Shown: positions 35,805 to 46,736, counted from the first letter of the stretch. The stretch is 64,000 nt of DNA from an uncultured Erysipelotrichaceae bacterium (GCA_964370065.1 CAYJGK010000003.1:12381-76380); one strand, 5' to 3'. Notes: generated by a model not told the origin, from the letters alone. Numbers and translations: made by a program.

Positions 35805-37175
35805 ATGAATATAAAAGCAGTTATTTTTGATTTCAATGGAACATTATACTTTGATAGTGACTATCATGTGCAAGCGTGGGATGAAATGGCTAAAATTATC
35901 ACCAATCAACCATTAGATGATCAATTGAGGGTATTAATGCATGGTAAAAATAACGAAGAAATTATTCGTTTATTAAAACCTGGTATAGATGATGTAAGGA
36001 ATAAAGCGTATTCTTTACAAAAGGAAGCAATGTATCGTAAGATGTGTATGAATGATCAAGAAAACTTGCATTTAGTAGAAGGCGCGATTGCCTTATTCCA
36101 ATATTTAAAACAAGAAAATATCCCATTCACAATTGCGAGTGCCTCGATTAAAGAAAACATTGATTTCTTTATTGAAACATTTGGTTTAGATGAATACTTT
36201 GATGTAGATGCTATTATTTATGATGATGGGAACTATATGAATAAAGTAGATATGTTCACAACCGCTTGCCGACGCTTTCATATTGAACCATGTGAAGCTA
36301 TGGTAATAGAGGATAGTGTCACAGGAACAAGTCAAGCTAAACAAACAGGAATAGGGTGCATTATTGGAATGATGAGAACAGAAAACAATCAAACATTAGT
36401 AGATTGTGGAGCACATGCATGTATTTCCGATTTTACTCAATTTGATTATAACTTATTAAAAGAAAGAGGAACCAAAACAATGGAAGCAACAGAAATTATT
36501 CAATTTATTAGAGATTCAAAAAAGAAAACACAAGTAAAAGTATACGTATCTGCGACAGAAAAAATTACATTTGATGATGTGCAACAATTCGGATGTAAAA
36601 AAAGCCCAATTCTTATTGGGGAGTGGGATGTAATCGCTCCTCAGTTAGAAGCGAACAAATCATATATTACTGATTACTATGTAGAAAATAATGCTCGTAA
36701 CTCAGCAATTCCTTTATTAGATTTAAAAGGAATTAATGCTCGTATTGAGCCAGGAGCCATTATCCGTGATCAAGTAGAGATTGGTGATAATGCAGTCATC
36801 ATGATGGGTGCTACGATTAATATTGGTGCTATTATTGGGGCAGGAACCATGATAGATATGGGAGCAATTTTAGGTGGAAGAGCAACAGTTGGTAAAAACT
36901 GCCACATTGGAGCAGGTACTGTATTAGCAGGCGTAATTGAACCAGCAAGTGCGACACCAGTCATTGTAGAAGATGGTGTATTAATCGGTGCTAATGCGGT
37001 TGTAATCGAAGGGTGCCGCATTGGAGCAGGGAGTGTTGTGGCCGCAGGAGCAGTTGTAATTGAAGATGTCCCAGCAGGCGTAGTGGTAGCAGGATGTCCC
37101 GCTAAAATTATTAAAGAAGTAGACGATCAAACGTCTAGTAAAACGGGATTAGAAGAAGGATTAAGAAAAATTTAA
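35805..37175 (+). CDS. dapH: HAD-superfamily hydrolase fused in frame to tetrahydrodipicolinate N-acetyltransferase
   Basis: 456 aa. The N-terminal about 215 aa form a HAD-IA domain ([28 protein letters not shown]). From M226 (36480) runs a complete DapH ([23 protein letters not shown] plus hexapeptide beta-helix). AGAGGA lies 9 nt upstream of the internal ATG. Confidence 0.85.
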   Translation: MNIKAVIFDFNGTLYFDSDYHVQAWDEMAKIITNQPLDDQLRVLMHGKNNEEIIRLLKPGIDDVRNKAYSLQKEAMYRKMCMNDQENLHLVEGAIALFQYLKQENIPFTIASASIKENIDFFIETFGLDEYFDVDAIIYDDGNYMNKVDMFTTACRRFHIEPCEAMVIEDSVTGTSQAKQTGIGCIIGMMRTENNQTLVDCGAHACISDFTQFDYNLLKERGTKTMEATEIIQFIRDSKKKTQVKVYVSATEKITFDDVQQFGCKKSPILIGEWDVIAPQLEANKSYITDYYVENNARNSAIPLLDLKGINARIEPGAIIRDQVEIGDNAVIMMGATINIGAIIGAGTMIDMGAILGGRATVGKNCHIGAGTVLAGVIEPASATPVIVEDGVLIGANAVVIEGCRIGAGSVVAAGAVVIEDVPAGVVVAGCPAKIIKEVDDQTSSKTGLEEGLRKI

Positions 37176-37200
37176 ATATCATAAAAGAATAGAAATAATG

Positions 37201-37247
37201 AAGCACACCACAAAAATTGGAAACAATTAGAATGGTGTGCTTTTTTT
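37201..37247 (+). terminator. intrinsic terminator of the lys/dap operon
   Basis: aagcacacca (37201-37210) pairs with tggtgtgctt (37233-37242), followed by T7. Confidence 0.8.
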
Positions 37248-37486
37248 GTAGCAGACAGCAAATGAGTAATGGTTAAACTAGGTGTACCCACAGCAGGCTG
37301 TACCAATCAAACAAAGTGTAGCAGATGTATAGAAACTAACATTACATATCAAAAGAATATGATGGATTAACAAAGTTCATTTATTACTGTAATTCAATTA
37401 CTTTTCACAGTGAAAACAAGTTCATCTCACTTTCAAATACTATAATTAATAGGAATAGATTAATAATTATTCATTATGGAGGTTCT

Positions 37487-39169
37487 ATGAAAATACATGG
37501 GAAAAATAAGGTCAGGCTATTGATATGTATAGTAGTATTATTAAGTTTATGTACAATATATTTGGTTTCGAATACTAATAAGGTTGGGGAATCAAAGGTA
37601 TCTAATAATCAAAATATAGAAGTGGAAAACAGAGTAATTAATAGTGATATCAAAAGTATAGTATTAGATGAATCTGTAGAGGGGTTTACCTATTATGATC
37701 TTGCTAGACAAGATGAAATTCAAAATCAAATAGATGAATACCAAGCAGCTAATGTCGGAATTGATGATATGCTATTATTATTTAACCCTTATGGTACTAA
37801 TACTACGGGATTATATGTATATTTTAATGAAAAGGATATCACTAAAGTTGAATATACAATTGAGACTGAAAATTATGAAAATTATTCACAGAGTGTAAGG
37901 ATGGATGAGGATTTATCAAATGTCGAATTTCAGTTAATTGGTTTAGTTGCAGGGGAAGAAAATCAAATAACTATACATTGTTACCAAGATGATAATGTAA
38001 TTGAAAATGTTACTTTTTCTGTTACTGCGCCCAGTTTACAAGGAAATTATGTAAATCAAATTGAAGTAGATTGTGAAGATTATGATCTGCTAGAAAATGG
38101 TTTGTATGCACTCTTAGGATTAAATTACACATATGAAGGGTATACTTATTTTGTTGACAAATATGGTGTAGTTAGGATGGAATATTCATTTGATGAAGAT
38201 CTAAATGAAACCATTTTAATCCATGACAATCACTATTTTACAAGTTTCGATTTACATTCTATGGCAAAGATTAATAATTTAGGTAAAGTAGTTAATGTTT
38301 ATGATTTAAACGAATATGAAATACATCATGATTATGCAATTAATGACGATGATGAAATCATTGTTTTGGTAACGGACACTAGTTCTAATGCAGTGGAAGA
38401 TGAAATTATTAAAGTTGATATAGAAACAGGTGAGGTCTCTTTGTTGCTTGACTTGGGCACAGTATTCTATGACTATAAACAAATAACGAATGTTTTCGCA
38501 GATGATAGTATATGGCAAAATTATGTTGGACAATTAGATTGGATGCATATTAATTCTTTACAACTAGTTAATGATGATGAAATAATTTTGAGCAGTAGGG
38601 AAACAAGTACGATAATAAAATTATCGAACATATATGAAAATGTAGAGATTGATTATTTAATTAGTGATGAAGAAATATGGGAAGACACTGCATATGCACA
38701 GTATTCTTATACACAAATTGGTGATTTTATTCCTAATGCTGGACAACATAGTGTGACGTATTTAGAAGATGACGCACTAGAATCTGGGCAATATTATTTA
38801 TATATGTACAACAATAATTATTTTAATTATGAAAGTAGACTTTCTTATGAGGAAACAATTGAAGGGGCTAATACAACATTTGATAATACAGGAACTAATC
38901 AAAGTATGTATTACATGTATTTAGTTGATGAAAATGAAGAAACGTATACGTTAGTAAATCAAATTGATGTAGAATACTCTTCTATTGTGTCTAGTGCTCA
39001 AAAATATGTTGATGAAATAATTATTAATAGTGGGATGGAAAAAGAATTTTATGTTTATGACGAAGACAATAATGTAATAGCAACTTACTATTACAATGAT
39101 TTAGAAGAGAGTATATTTTTAGGATATAGAGTTTTTAAGTATTCATTTGAAGATTTTTATTTCGAATAA
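37487..39169 (+). CDS. aryl-sulfate sulfotransferase (ASST)-like beta-propeller protein, N-terminally anchored
   Basis: 560 aa. TM anchor, Arylsulfotran_N-like LLFNPYGTNTTGLYVYF, HHDYAI, DWMHINSLQ, ILSSRETSTIIKL, AGQHSVTYL. Family call from memory of motifs. Confidence 0.55.
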   Translation: MKIHGKNKVRLLICIVVLLSLCTIYLVSNTNKVGESKVSNNQNIEVENRVINSDIKSIVLDESVEGFTYYDLARQDEIQNQIDEYQAANVGIDDMLLLFNPYGTNTTGLYVYFNEKDITKVEYTIETENYENYSQSVRMDEDLSNVEFQLIGLVAGEENQITIHCYQDDNVIENVTFSVTAPSLQGNYVNQIEVDCEDYDLLENGLYALLGLNYTYEGYTYFVDKYGVVRMEYSFDEDLNETILIHDNHYFTSFDLHSMAKINNLGKVVNVYDLNEYEIHHDYAINDDDEIIVLVTDTSSNAVEDEIIKVDIETGEVSLLLDLGTVFYDYKQITNVFADDSIWQNYVGQLDWMHINSLQLVNDDEIILSSRETSTIIKLSNIYENVEIDYLISDEEIWEDTAYAQYSYTQIGDFIPNAGQHSVTYLEDDALESGQYYLYMYNNNYFNYESRLSYEETIEGANTTFDNTGTNQSMYYMYLVDENEETYTLVNQIDVEYSSIVSSAQKYVDEIIINSGMEKEFYVYDEDNNVIATYYYNDLEESIFLGYRVFKYSFEDFYFE

Positions 39170-39229
39170 AATAGGCAAGTAATTGTTATGATAAAATGAA
39201 CCATTCAGGTAGAATTTACAAGTGTTTAG

Positions 39230-39316
39230 GCATCAGTACTATATATGAAATGTGGATATGAAGTTGCCTCATATATGAATGCCGAAAATAAAGATATCGT
39301 TTTGTTAAAAGATTAA
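39230..39316 (+). pseudogene. C-terminal remnant of a GNAT acetyltransferase
   Basis: 28-codon open frame ASVLYMKCGYEVASYMNAENKDIVLLKD* with no start codon, resembling the FYxKxGF C-terminal end of GNATs. Followed by a strong terminator. Confidence 0.3.
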
Positions 39317-39320
39317 AGTA

Positions 39321-39358
39321 AAACTACCACTATCAATTTTGGATAGTGGTAGTTTATT
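39321..39358. terminator. bidirectional intrinsic terminator
   Basis: aaactaccactatc (39321-39334) pairs with gatagtggtagttt (39342-39355). Confidence 0.8.
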
Positions 39359-39410
39359 CTTTTTCTATATTTATAAGGTAAACATAAGCAAGTGGGTAAG
39401 GATAAGAAAG

Positions 39411-40133
39411 TTATTTCTTACGTTGCCTTAATACTTCATAGGCAAGAATAGTACTTGCACTTGCTGCACTTAATGCATTTTTGAAATTATTAGAATAGGG
39501 AAGATATACATTTTGATCTGAAGTAGCCAATACCGCTTTTGATAAACCACGTTTTTCTCCTCCTATACAAATACACACTTTTTGATTAAAGTTATAGTCA
39601 TACATTTCAATGGCAGAATCATCACGATTAGCACATACGATTTGAAATCCATCTTGCTTTAATTGTTGAAGTGTTTCCTGTAAATTATCACTTACTACCA
39701 TAGCTAGTAACTCACTAGCACCCGCGCTGGATTTAGCAAGTGTACTAGCCGCGCTTGTCCAATTGCGAGGGCCTAGGATAATAGCATCTACACCAGCTGC
39801 ATATAATGATCGTAAGACAAAACCAAAGTTAAATGGATCTTCCACCCCTTCCACAATTGCGTAAAAAGAAGATTTTTTTAATGTACCTAATGATTGAAAA
39901 CTACGTTCTTGTACATAAGCGATTACGCCACCATGTGATACGCCTTCGCATAAGTCATTGATTTCTTCGCGATTTGCATAGGCAAGTGTTACATTTTGTA
40001 ATTTTGCTTGTTTTTCTATATACCTAGTATCACGATCTTTCTTGTTTTTGTCCATGATTATTTTATTCACATGGCGATAAGGTGATTGCAAGGCTGCTTT
40101 AACGGATATTTTTCCTTCTAATAAATAGTTCAT
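39411..40133 (-). CDS. TrmH/SpoU family RNA 2'-O-methyltransferase
   Basis: 240 aa. SpoU_sub_bind-like N-domain and SPOUT motifs (EGVEDPFNFGFVLRS, GGEKRGLS, NALSAASASTILAYE). Confidence 0.85.
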   Translation of the reverse strand: MNYLLEGKISVKAALQSPYRHVNKIIMDKNKKDRDTRYIEKQAKLQNVTLAYANREEINDLCEGVSHGGVIAYVQERSFQSLGTLKKSSFYAIVEGVEDPFNFGFVLRSLYAAGVDAIILGPRNWTSAASTLAKSSAGASELLAMVVSDNLQETLQQLKQDGFQIVCANRDDSAIEMYDYNFNQKVCICIGGEKRGLSKAVLATSDQNVYLPYSNNFKNALSAASASTILAYEVLRQRKK

Positions 40134-40347
40134 AATTTACCTACCCTTCATGAATGCTATTATACGCTATAGGTATATCATTATCAAATTAATTGGTATA
40201 AAACACATTTGAATCCCTTGCTAATTACATCTTTTCACAAAGACTAGCGCTTACATTTTTAATGTTTTAATAAAAACAACAATTTACTATTATTTGATAG
40301 GGAAATAGTGTATTATTGTATAGATAAAAATTAAAGGTGGTTAAAAT

Positions 40348-42171
40348 ATGAGTAAACAAAAGATTATTAATATTGCAGTAATTGCCCATGTAGATGCAGG
40401 AAAAAGTACTTTAGTCGATGCTTTCTTAAATCAAAGTGGAGTGTTTAGAAGTAATGAAGAAGTAGTAGACTGTGTAATGGATAGTAATGACTTAGAACGT
40501 GAAAGAGGAATTACAATTTATGCAAAAAACTGTAGTATTATGCATGAAGATGTAAAAATCAATATTGTTGATACACCAGGACATGCAGACTTCTCAAGTG
40601 AAGTAGAACGCATTATTAAAACAGTAGATACAGTTATCTTATTAGTAGATAGTAGTGAAGGACCAATGCCTCAAACAAGATTTGTTCTTCAAAAGTCATT
40701 AGAAATGGGATTAAAACCAATTTTATTAATTAATAAAATTGATAAAAAAGACCAAAGAGCCCTTGAAGTAGTAGATATGGTTTATGAATTATTCTTAGAC
40801 TTAAATGCAACAGATGAACAATTAGATTTCCCAATCTTATATGGTATTGCGAAACAAGGAATTGTACAATACGATATGGAAACACCTAGTGAAACGTTAG
40901 AACCATTGTTTAAAACAATTATTTCTCATTGTGATACATACCCTGATCGTGATGAAGAAAAATTACAATTACAAGTTAGCGCGTTAGATTATGATGAATA
41001 TATCGGGCGTTTAGGTATTGGGCGTGTTTATAAAGGTGTGATAAGAGAAGGGCAAACCATTGCTGTTTGCGATAGTTTAGGTAATGTAAGAAATGCCCAA
41101 ATTGGACAATTATTCATTTACCGTGGATTAGCCAAATCAAGAGTAAAGGAAGCAGCAAGTGGAGAAATAGTTGTATTTAGTGGGATTTCTAATATCTCTA
41201 TTGGAGAAACATTATGTTTCAATAAGGATAATTTAGATCCAATGGAAATGATTAGTGTAGAGGAACCTACTTTATCTATGAACTTCATTGTTAATAAAAG
41301 CCCATTTGCAGGACAGAGTGGGAAATATGTAACATCACGTAACTTAAAAGAACGTTTAGAAAAAGAGTTAGAAGTTAATGTAGGATTGCGTGTAGAAGAA
41401 ACAGAATCTGCTGATATGTTTAGAGTTTCAGGTAGAGGAGAACTACATATTTCTATTTTACTTGAAAACATGCGTAGAGAAGGGTATGAAATTGCAGTTT
41501 CTAAACCAGAAGTTATCCTCCACAAAGAAAATGACCAGCTAATGGAACCAATTGAAGAAGTAGTAGCTTTAGCACCTAGTGATTATTCAGGAACAATCAT
41601 CAACAAATTGAACTTAAGAAAAGGGCAATTAGTGAATATGGAAGAAGAAAATGGTTATTGTAGAATTGTATACCATGCTCCTACACGAGGATTGTTAGGT
41701 TACCGTAGTGAGTTCATTAATGATACACATGGAGAAGGTACATTAGTTCGTAGAGTTTGTGGCTATGAACCATATAAAGGAGAAATCCAAGAACGTGCAA
41801 ATGGGGCGTTAGTCTCTACAGAAACAGGTAAAGCCATGACCTATGCATTATGGAACATTCAAGAACGTGGTCAGTTATTCATTCCTGCTCAAACAGAAGT
41901 GTATGAAGGAATGATTATTGGGTTAAGTGCTAGAAATGTCGACATGGATGTAAACCCGATTAAAAATAAAAAATTAACATCCATCCGCAGTAGTGGAAAT
42001 GATGATGCAATGAAACTTGTGCCACCTAAAATTTTAAGTTTAGAAGAGGCGTTAGAATTCATTAACGATGATGAATTAGTAGAAATTACTCCTTCAAGCA
42101 TCCGTTTACGTAAAAAAGGACTAAAACCATTTGAACGTAAACAATACTTAAAATCAAAAGTACAAGAATAA
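40348..42171 (+). CDS. typA: translational GTPase TypA/BipA
   Basis: 607 aa. [23 protein letters not shown]-motifs and a BipA-type C-terminal domain. Confidence 0.95.
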   Translation: MSKQKIINIAVIAHVDAGKSTLVDAFLNQSGVFRSNEEVVDCVMDSNDLERERGITIYAKNCSIMHEDVKINIVDTPGHADFSSEVERIIKTVDTVILLVDSSEGPMPQTRFVLQKSLEMGLKPILLINKIDKKDQRALEVVDMVYELFLDLNATDEQLDFPILYGIAKQGIVQYDMETPSETLEPLFKTIISHCDTYPDRDEEKLQLQVSALDYDEYIGRLGIGRVYKGVIREGQTIAVCDSLGNVRNAQIGQLFIYRGLAKSRVKEAASGEIVVFSGISNISIGETLCFNKDNLDPMEMISVEEPTLSMNFIVNKSPFAGQSGKYVTSRNLKERLEKELEVNVGLRVEETESADMFRVSGRGELHISILLENMRREGYEIAVSKPEVILHKENDQLMEPIEEVVALAPSDYSGTIINKLNLRKGQLVNMEEENGYCRIVYHAPTRGLLGYRSEFINDTHGEGTLVRRVCGYEPYKGEIQERANGALVSTETGKAMTYALWNIQERGQLFIPAQTEVYEGMIIGLSARNVDMDVNPIKNKKLTSIRSSGNDDAMKLVPPKILSLEEALEFINDDELVEITPSSIRLRKKGLKPFERKQYLKSKVQE

Positions 42172-42260
42172 TAATTTAGACTATGTTGCTTAAGCAATAT
42201 AGTTTTTTTTATTACAATAATTGGTAAAAGTGCTATACTTTAAATATAGAGGGTGATATT

Positions 42261-43721
42261 ATGTCAATTATAAAAGTAAATGACTTAAGTTTTACACATG
42301 ATGCAAGTGCTATCACTTTATTTGAAAATATTCATTTTACTATTGATACAAATTGGAAATTAGGATTAATTGGAAGAAATGGTAGGGGGAAAACAACGTT
42401 GCTGCAATTATTTATGGAGCGATATGAGTATAGTGGACAAATTCATAATAGTGTTACTTTTTCCTATTTTCCATATTCAGTCAATGAAAAAGAATTAACC
42501 ATCGATATTGTAGGGGATGATTGGCGAATTTACAAAGAACTATCCTTATTAGAAGTAGATGAAGGCGTATTGTATCGCCCTTTTCATACATTATCTAGTG
42601 GAGAGCAAACCAAAGTGTTGCTAGCAGCCTTGTTTGTGAAAGAACATCATTTTTTATTAATTGATGAGCCAACGAATCATTTAGACCAAGAAGGAAGATT
42701 GTTGTTAAGTGCTTATCTAAAAAAGAAGAAGGGGTTTATACTAGTTTCACATGATCGATATTTTATGGATCACTGTGTGGACCATATTATGTCAATTAAT
42801 AAAACTCATATAGAAATTGTAAAGGGTAATTTCAGTAGTTGGCATAGTAATAAAGCTAATCAAGAACAATTAGAAAGAGAACACAACAAAAAATTGACAA
42901 AGGAAATTAATCGTTTGAATACAACGTCAAAGGAAAAGGTAGTATGGTCAGATCGAATTGAAAAAAGCAAATCGAGAAAAGTGAACCCTGAAGCATTGGA
43001 TAAAGGATATATAGGGCATCAAGCTGCAAAAATGATGAAACGTGCAAAAACGATAGAGAATAGAATGCATAAGCAAATACAAGAAAAAGAGGGTTTGTTG
43101 AAAGATTTAGAATACACAAGTGAATTAAAAATAAATTCTTTAAAATATCATGCTAATCGTCTTTTAGAAGCGAAAAATTTAAACATTTATTATGATGAAA
43201 ACTGTATTGTTAGTAATTTAGATTTCACTTTATTGCAAGGTCATAAAATACATCTAAAAGGATCCAATGGAAGTGGGAAATCAAGCTTAATTAAATTAAT
43301 CTTAGGAGAAGATATTGCATATTGCGGGCGATTATACAAATCCAAAGGATTAACTATTTCTTATATCTCGCAAGATATATCTCATTTAAAAGGAAGTTTA
43401 GCGATGTTTGAAAAAAGGGAGCAACTGGATGTAACTTTATTCAAAACGATATTACGCAAACTTGATTTCACTAGAGAACATTTTACTCAAAATTTAGAAA
43501 CGTATAGTGCTGGTCAAAAAAAGAAAGTGTTAATCGCAGCATCTTTAGCTACACAAGCGCATTTATACATTTGGGATGAACCACTGAATTACATTGATGT
43601 GATTTCTCGAGTACAAATTGAAGAAGTCATAAAGCAAAGCGTAATGACACTATTATTTGTAGAACATGATAAAATGTTTAGTGATGCGATTGCAGATGGT
43701 GTGATATCTTTAAATAAATAA
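42261..43721 (+). CDS. ABC-F type ribosomal protection protein, Lsa-like
   Basis: 486 aa. Two ABC domains without TM segments, N-terminus ...FTIDTNWKLGLIGRNGRGKTTLL closely resembling Lsa(A) as I recall it, and a basic interdomain linker (KSKSRKVNPEALDKGYIGHQAAKMMKRAKTIENR). Confidence 0.8.
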   Translation: MSIIKVNDLSFTHDASAITLFENIHFTIDTNWKLGLIGRNGRGKTTLLQLFMERYEYSGQIHNSVTFSYFPYSVNEKELTIDIVGDDWRIYKELSLLEVDEGVLYRPFHTLSSGEQTKVLLAALFVKEHHFLLIDEPTNHLDQEGRLLLSAYLKKKKGFILVSHDRYFMDHCVDHIMSINKTHIEIVKGNFSSWHSNKANQEQLEREHNKKLTKEINRLNTTSKEKVVWSDRIEKSKSRKVNPEALDKGYIGHQAAKMMKRAKTIENRMHKQIQEKEGLLKDLEYTSELKINSLKYHANRLLEAKNLNIYYDENCIVSNLDFTLLQGHKIHLKGSNGSGKSSLIKLILGEDIAYCGRLYKSKGLTISYISQDISHLKGSLAMFEKREQLDVTLFKTILRKLDFTREHFTQNLETYSAGQKKKVLIAASLATQAHLYIWDEPLNYIDVISRVQIEEVIKQSVMTLLFVEHDKMFSDAIADGVISLNK

Positions 43722-43779
43722 TTTATAAAACTGCATATTTTCATTGAATAATCATGCTAGTTTGTTTATAATAAATTAC

Positions 43780-43992
43780 ATAAATACAAAGAACAGAAGG
43801 AGTATTTATTAAACATTTATAGAGAGCTTTTGGTTGGTGAAAAAAAGTAATGGATAATAAAGAAGGTAGTCTGGGAGTAGATTTTTTGAACTAGAGTAAA
43901 AAAATACGTCACTCGCGTTAAGAGTTAAGGTGTAGCAATACATAAATTAAGGTGGTACCACGAACATTCGTCCTTTGGGTGAATGTTTTTTT
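43780..43992 (+). promoter_or_regulatory. T-box riboswitch, valine specifier (GUA)
   Basis: Promoter TTGAAT-17-TATAAT (43744-43772). Stem I AGAGAG...GGTTGGTGA. Candidate specifier GTA at 43847-43849 followed by A. T-box AATTAAGGTGGTACCACG (43946-43963). Terminator gaacattc/gaatgttt plus T-run. Confidence 0.85.
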
Positions 43993-44014
43993 ATTTAAAA
44001 ACAGGAGGAAACAA

Positions 44015-46621
44015 ATGATGTTAGACAAAAAGTATGAGCATAAAAAAATTGAAAGTAAGTATTATCAAAATTGGATTAAAGAAGGATATTTCACAGCAGG
44101 TGATGTAAGTAAAAAACCATATTGCATGGTTATTCCCCCACCAAATGTGACGGGTAAGTTACACTTAGGGCATGCATGGGATAACACGATTCAAGATATT
44201 ATTGCTCGTTATAAAAGGTTACAAGGCTTTGATGTATTATGGGTAAGTGGAATGGATCATGCAGGGATTGCCACACAAGCTAAAGTAGACGAAAGATTAA
44301 AAGAAGCTGGCATTTCACGTTATGACTTGGGGAGAGAAAAATTCTTAGAAAAAGCGTGGGAATGGAAAGAAGAATATGCTACACACATTCGTGAACAGTG
44401 GTCAGTATTAGGGCTATCGTTAGACTATTCAAGAGAGCGATTTACATTAGATGATGGATTAAGTGAGGCTGTAAAAAAGGTATTTATTGACTTATATAAC
44501 GATGGTTTAATTTATCAAGGAGAACGTATTATTAACTGGGATCCACAGGCGAAAACAGCTTTAAGCAATATTGAGGTGGAGCATAAAGAAGTAGAAGGTG
44601 CTATGTATTACTTTAAATATCAAGTGGTAGATAGTGATCAACAATTAATTATTGCAACCACTCGTCCTGAAACAATGTTCGCTGATCAAGCGGTATTTGT
44701 ACACCCTGACGATTTACGTTATCGCGACATTATTGGTAAATCAGTCATTAATCCAGCTACACAACAAGCCATTCCTATTATGGCTGATGATTATATTGAT
44801 ATGGAATTTGGAACTGCGGTTATGAAATGTACACCGGCACATGACCCAAATGACTTTGTTTTAGCTAAAAAATATGATTTGGCTATGCCTATTTGTATGC
44901 ACCCTGATGGTACAATGAATGAAATGGCTCATAAATATGAAGGAATGGATCGTTTTGCTTGTCGTAAAGCATTAATTGAAGATTTTAAAGCAGCAGGAGT
45001 TGTTGAAAAAATTGACGTACATATGCATCAAGTTGGGCATTCTCAAAGAACAGGAGTCATTGTAGAACCTTATTTAAGTAAACAATGGTTCGTATCAATG
45101 AAACCATTAGCAAAGGAAGTGTTAGCTGCCCAATTAGAAGAAGAGGAGAGAATCAATTTCTATCCAAAAAGATTTGAAAAAACATTTACACAATGGTTAG
45201 AAAATATTGAAGACTGGTGTATTTCAAGACAATTATGGTGGGGGCATAGAATTCCTGCTTACTACCATAAAGATACAAATGAAATTTATGTAGGAGACAC
45301 AGCACCTGTGGATATAGAAAATTATTATCAAGATGAAGATGTATTAGATACTTGGTTTTCTAGTGCACTGTGGCCGTTTTCAACACTTGGTTGGCCAAAT
45401 GAAAGCGATGATTTTGATCGTTACTTTCCAAATGATTCTTTAAGTACGGGATATGATATTATTTTCTTCTGGGTTGCACGTATGGCTTTCCAAGCACGCT
45501 ATTGCACCAAACAAAGACCTTTTAAAGATGTCTTAATTCATGGGTTAATTCGTGACCCACAAGGTAGAAAAATGTCTAAGTCATTAGGAAATGGTGTAGA
45601 TCCAATCGAGGTTGTAGATAAATTTGGATGTGATGCCTTACGTTTTTTCTTAACAACCAATTCAACACCAGGGCAAGATATGCGTTTTATTGAAGAAAAA
45701 GTAGAATCTAGTTCTAATTTTATAAACAAAGTATACAATGCAAGTAAATACGTTATGATGAATATTGAAGGATTCGATATCAAACAATCGGATTTTACAC
45801 ATATGACATTTATTGATCAATGGATTATGGATAAATTAAATACGACGATTACTAATGTTTCAATGAATATGGATCGTTATGAGTTTGCATTAGCAGGAAA
45901 TGAATTATATGATTTTATTTGGAATGATTTCTGTAATTGGTATATTGAATTAAGTAAAATTAGTTTACAATCTAAAGATACACAAGTTAAATTAGCAACA
46001 CAATCTGTGTTATACCATGTATTGGTATCCATTATTAAAATGTTGCACCCTTATATGCCTTTTGTGAGTGAAGAAATCTATTTGGCTTTACCACATACTA
46101 AGGCAAGTATTAATTTGGAAAGTTATCCAGTAGTAATGGAAACAAACTTTACAGTAGAAGAACGTAAAGTGGTGGAGCATTTATTAACTTTAGTTGGGGT
46201 AGCACGTGAAGTAAAAGCGGAATACAATATGAAACCTTCTGCTGAAATTGAAATGATAATTAAAAATATTAATAATGAAATCATTACATTGCATCCATTA
46301 GCATCTGAGTTATTAACTAAAATTGCGAAAGTGAATATCATTTTAGAAGATAAACAAGAAGAGATGGTTGTACGTGCCATTGAACAAGGTAGTGTACATA
46401 TTCCAATGAGTGAGTTAATTGATATCGAAAGTGAAAAAATTAATTTAACGAATGAAAAAGCAAAATTAGAAGGAGAAATCAAACGTGGAGAGCAAATGCT
46501 TGCTAACCCTAATTTTGTGAATAAAGCACCTGCACAAAAAGTGGATGCGGAAAAAGAAAAGTTAGAAAACTATAAAAAACAATACCAGATTGTAGTCGAT
46601 CGGTTAGTTCAAATTGGATAA
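44015..46621 (+). CDS. valS: valine--tRNA ligase
   Basis: Start at ATGATG 44015 (AGGAGG RBS). The ORF-track start at 43952 lies inside the T-box terminator. HIGH (PNVTGKLHLGH), KMSKS, C-terminal coiled coil. Confidence 0.95.
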   Translation: MMLDKKYEHKKIESKYYQNWIKEGYFTAGDVSKKPYCMVIPPPNVTGKLHLGHAWDNTIQDIIARYKRLQGFDVLWVSGMDHAGIATQAKVDERLKEAGISRYDLGREKFLEKAWEWKEEYATHIREQWSVLGLSLDYSRERFTLDDGLSEAVKKVFIDLYNDGLIYQGERIINWDPQAKTALSNIEVEHKEVEGAMYYFKYQVVDSDQQLIIATTRPETMFADQAVFVHPDDLRYRDIIGKSVINPATQQAIPIMADDYIDMEFGTAVMKCTPAHDPNDFVLAKKYDLAMPICMHPDGTMNEMAHKYEGMDRFACRKALIEDFKAAGVVEKIDVHMHQVGHSQRTGVIVEPYLSKQWFVSMKPLAKEVLAAQLEEEERINFYPKRFEKTFTQWLENIEDWCISRQLWWGHRIPAYYHKDTNEIYVGDTAPVDIENYYQDEDVLDTWFSSALWPFSTLGWPNESDDFDRYFPNDSLSTGYDIIFFWVARMAFQARYCTKQRPFKDVLIHGLIRDPQGRKMSKSLGNGVDPIEVVDKFGCDALRFFLTTNSTPGQDMRFIEEKVESSSNFINKVYNASKYVMMNIEGFDIKQSDFTHMTFIDQWIMDKLNTTITNVSMNMDRYEFALAGNELYDFIWNDFCNWYIELSKISLQSKDTQVKLATQSVLYHVLVSIIKMLHPYMPFVSEEIYLALPHTKASINLESYPVVMETNFTVEERKVVEHLLTLVGVAREVKAEYNMKPSAEIEMIIKNINNEIITLHPLASELLTKIAKVNIILEDKQEEMVVRAIEQGSVHIPMSELIDIESEKINLTNEKAKLEGEIKRGEQMLANPNFVNKAPAQKVDAEKEKLENYKKQYQIVVDRLVQIG

Positions 46622-46736
46622 TACTTAAAGATGTGATAATGTAAATTATTGCATCTTTTTATTTGTGCAAGTAATTAAATTTTTCACAAGGCAAAAAAAA
46701 CTAGATATGAAAGTTTGAATTTAGTATAATATATTT

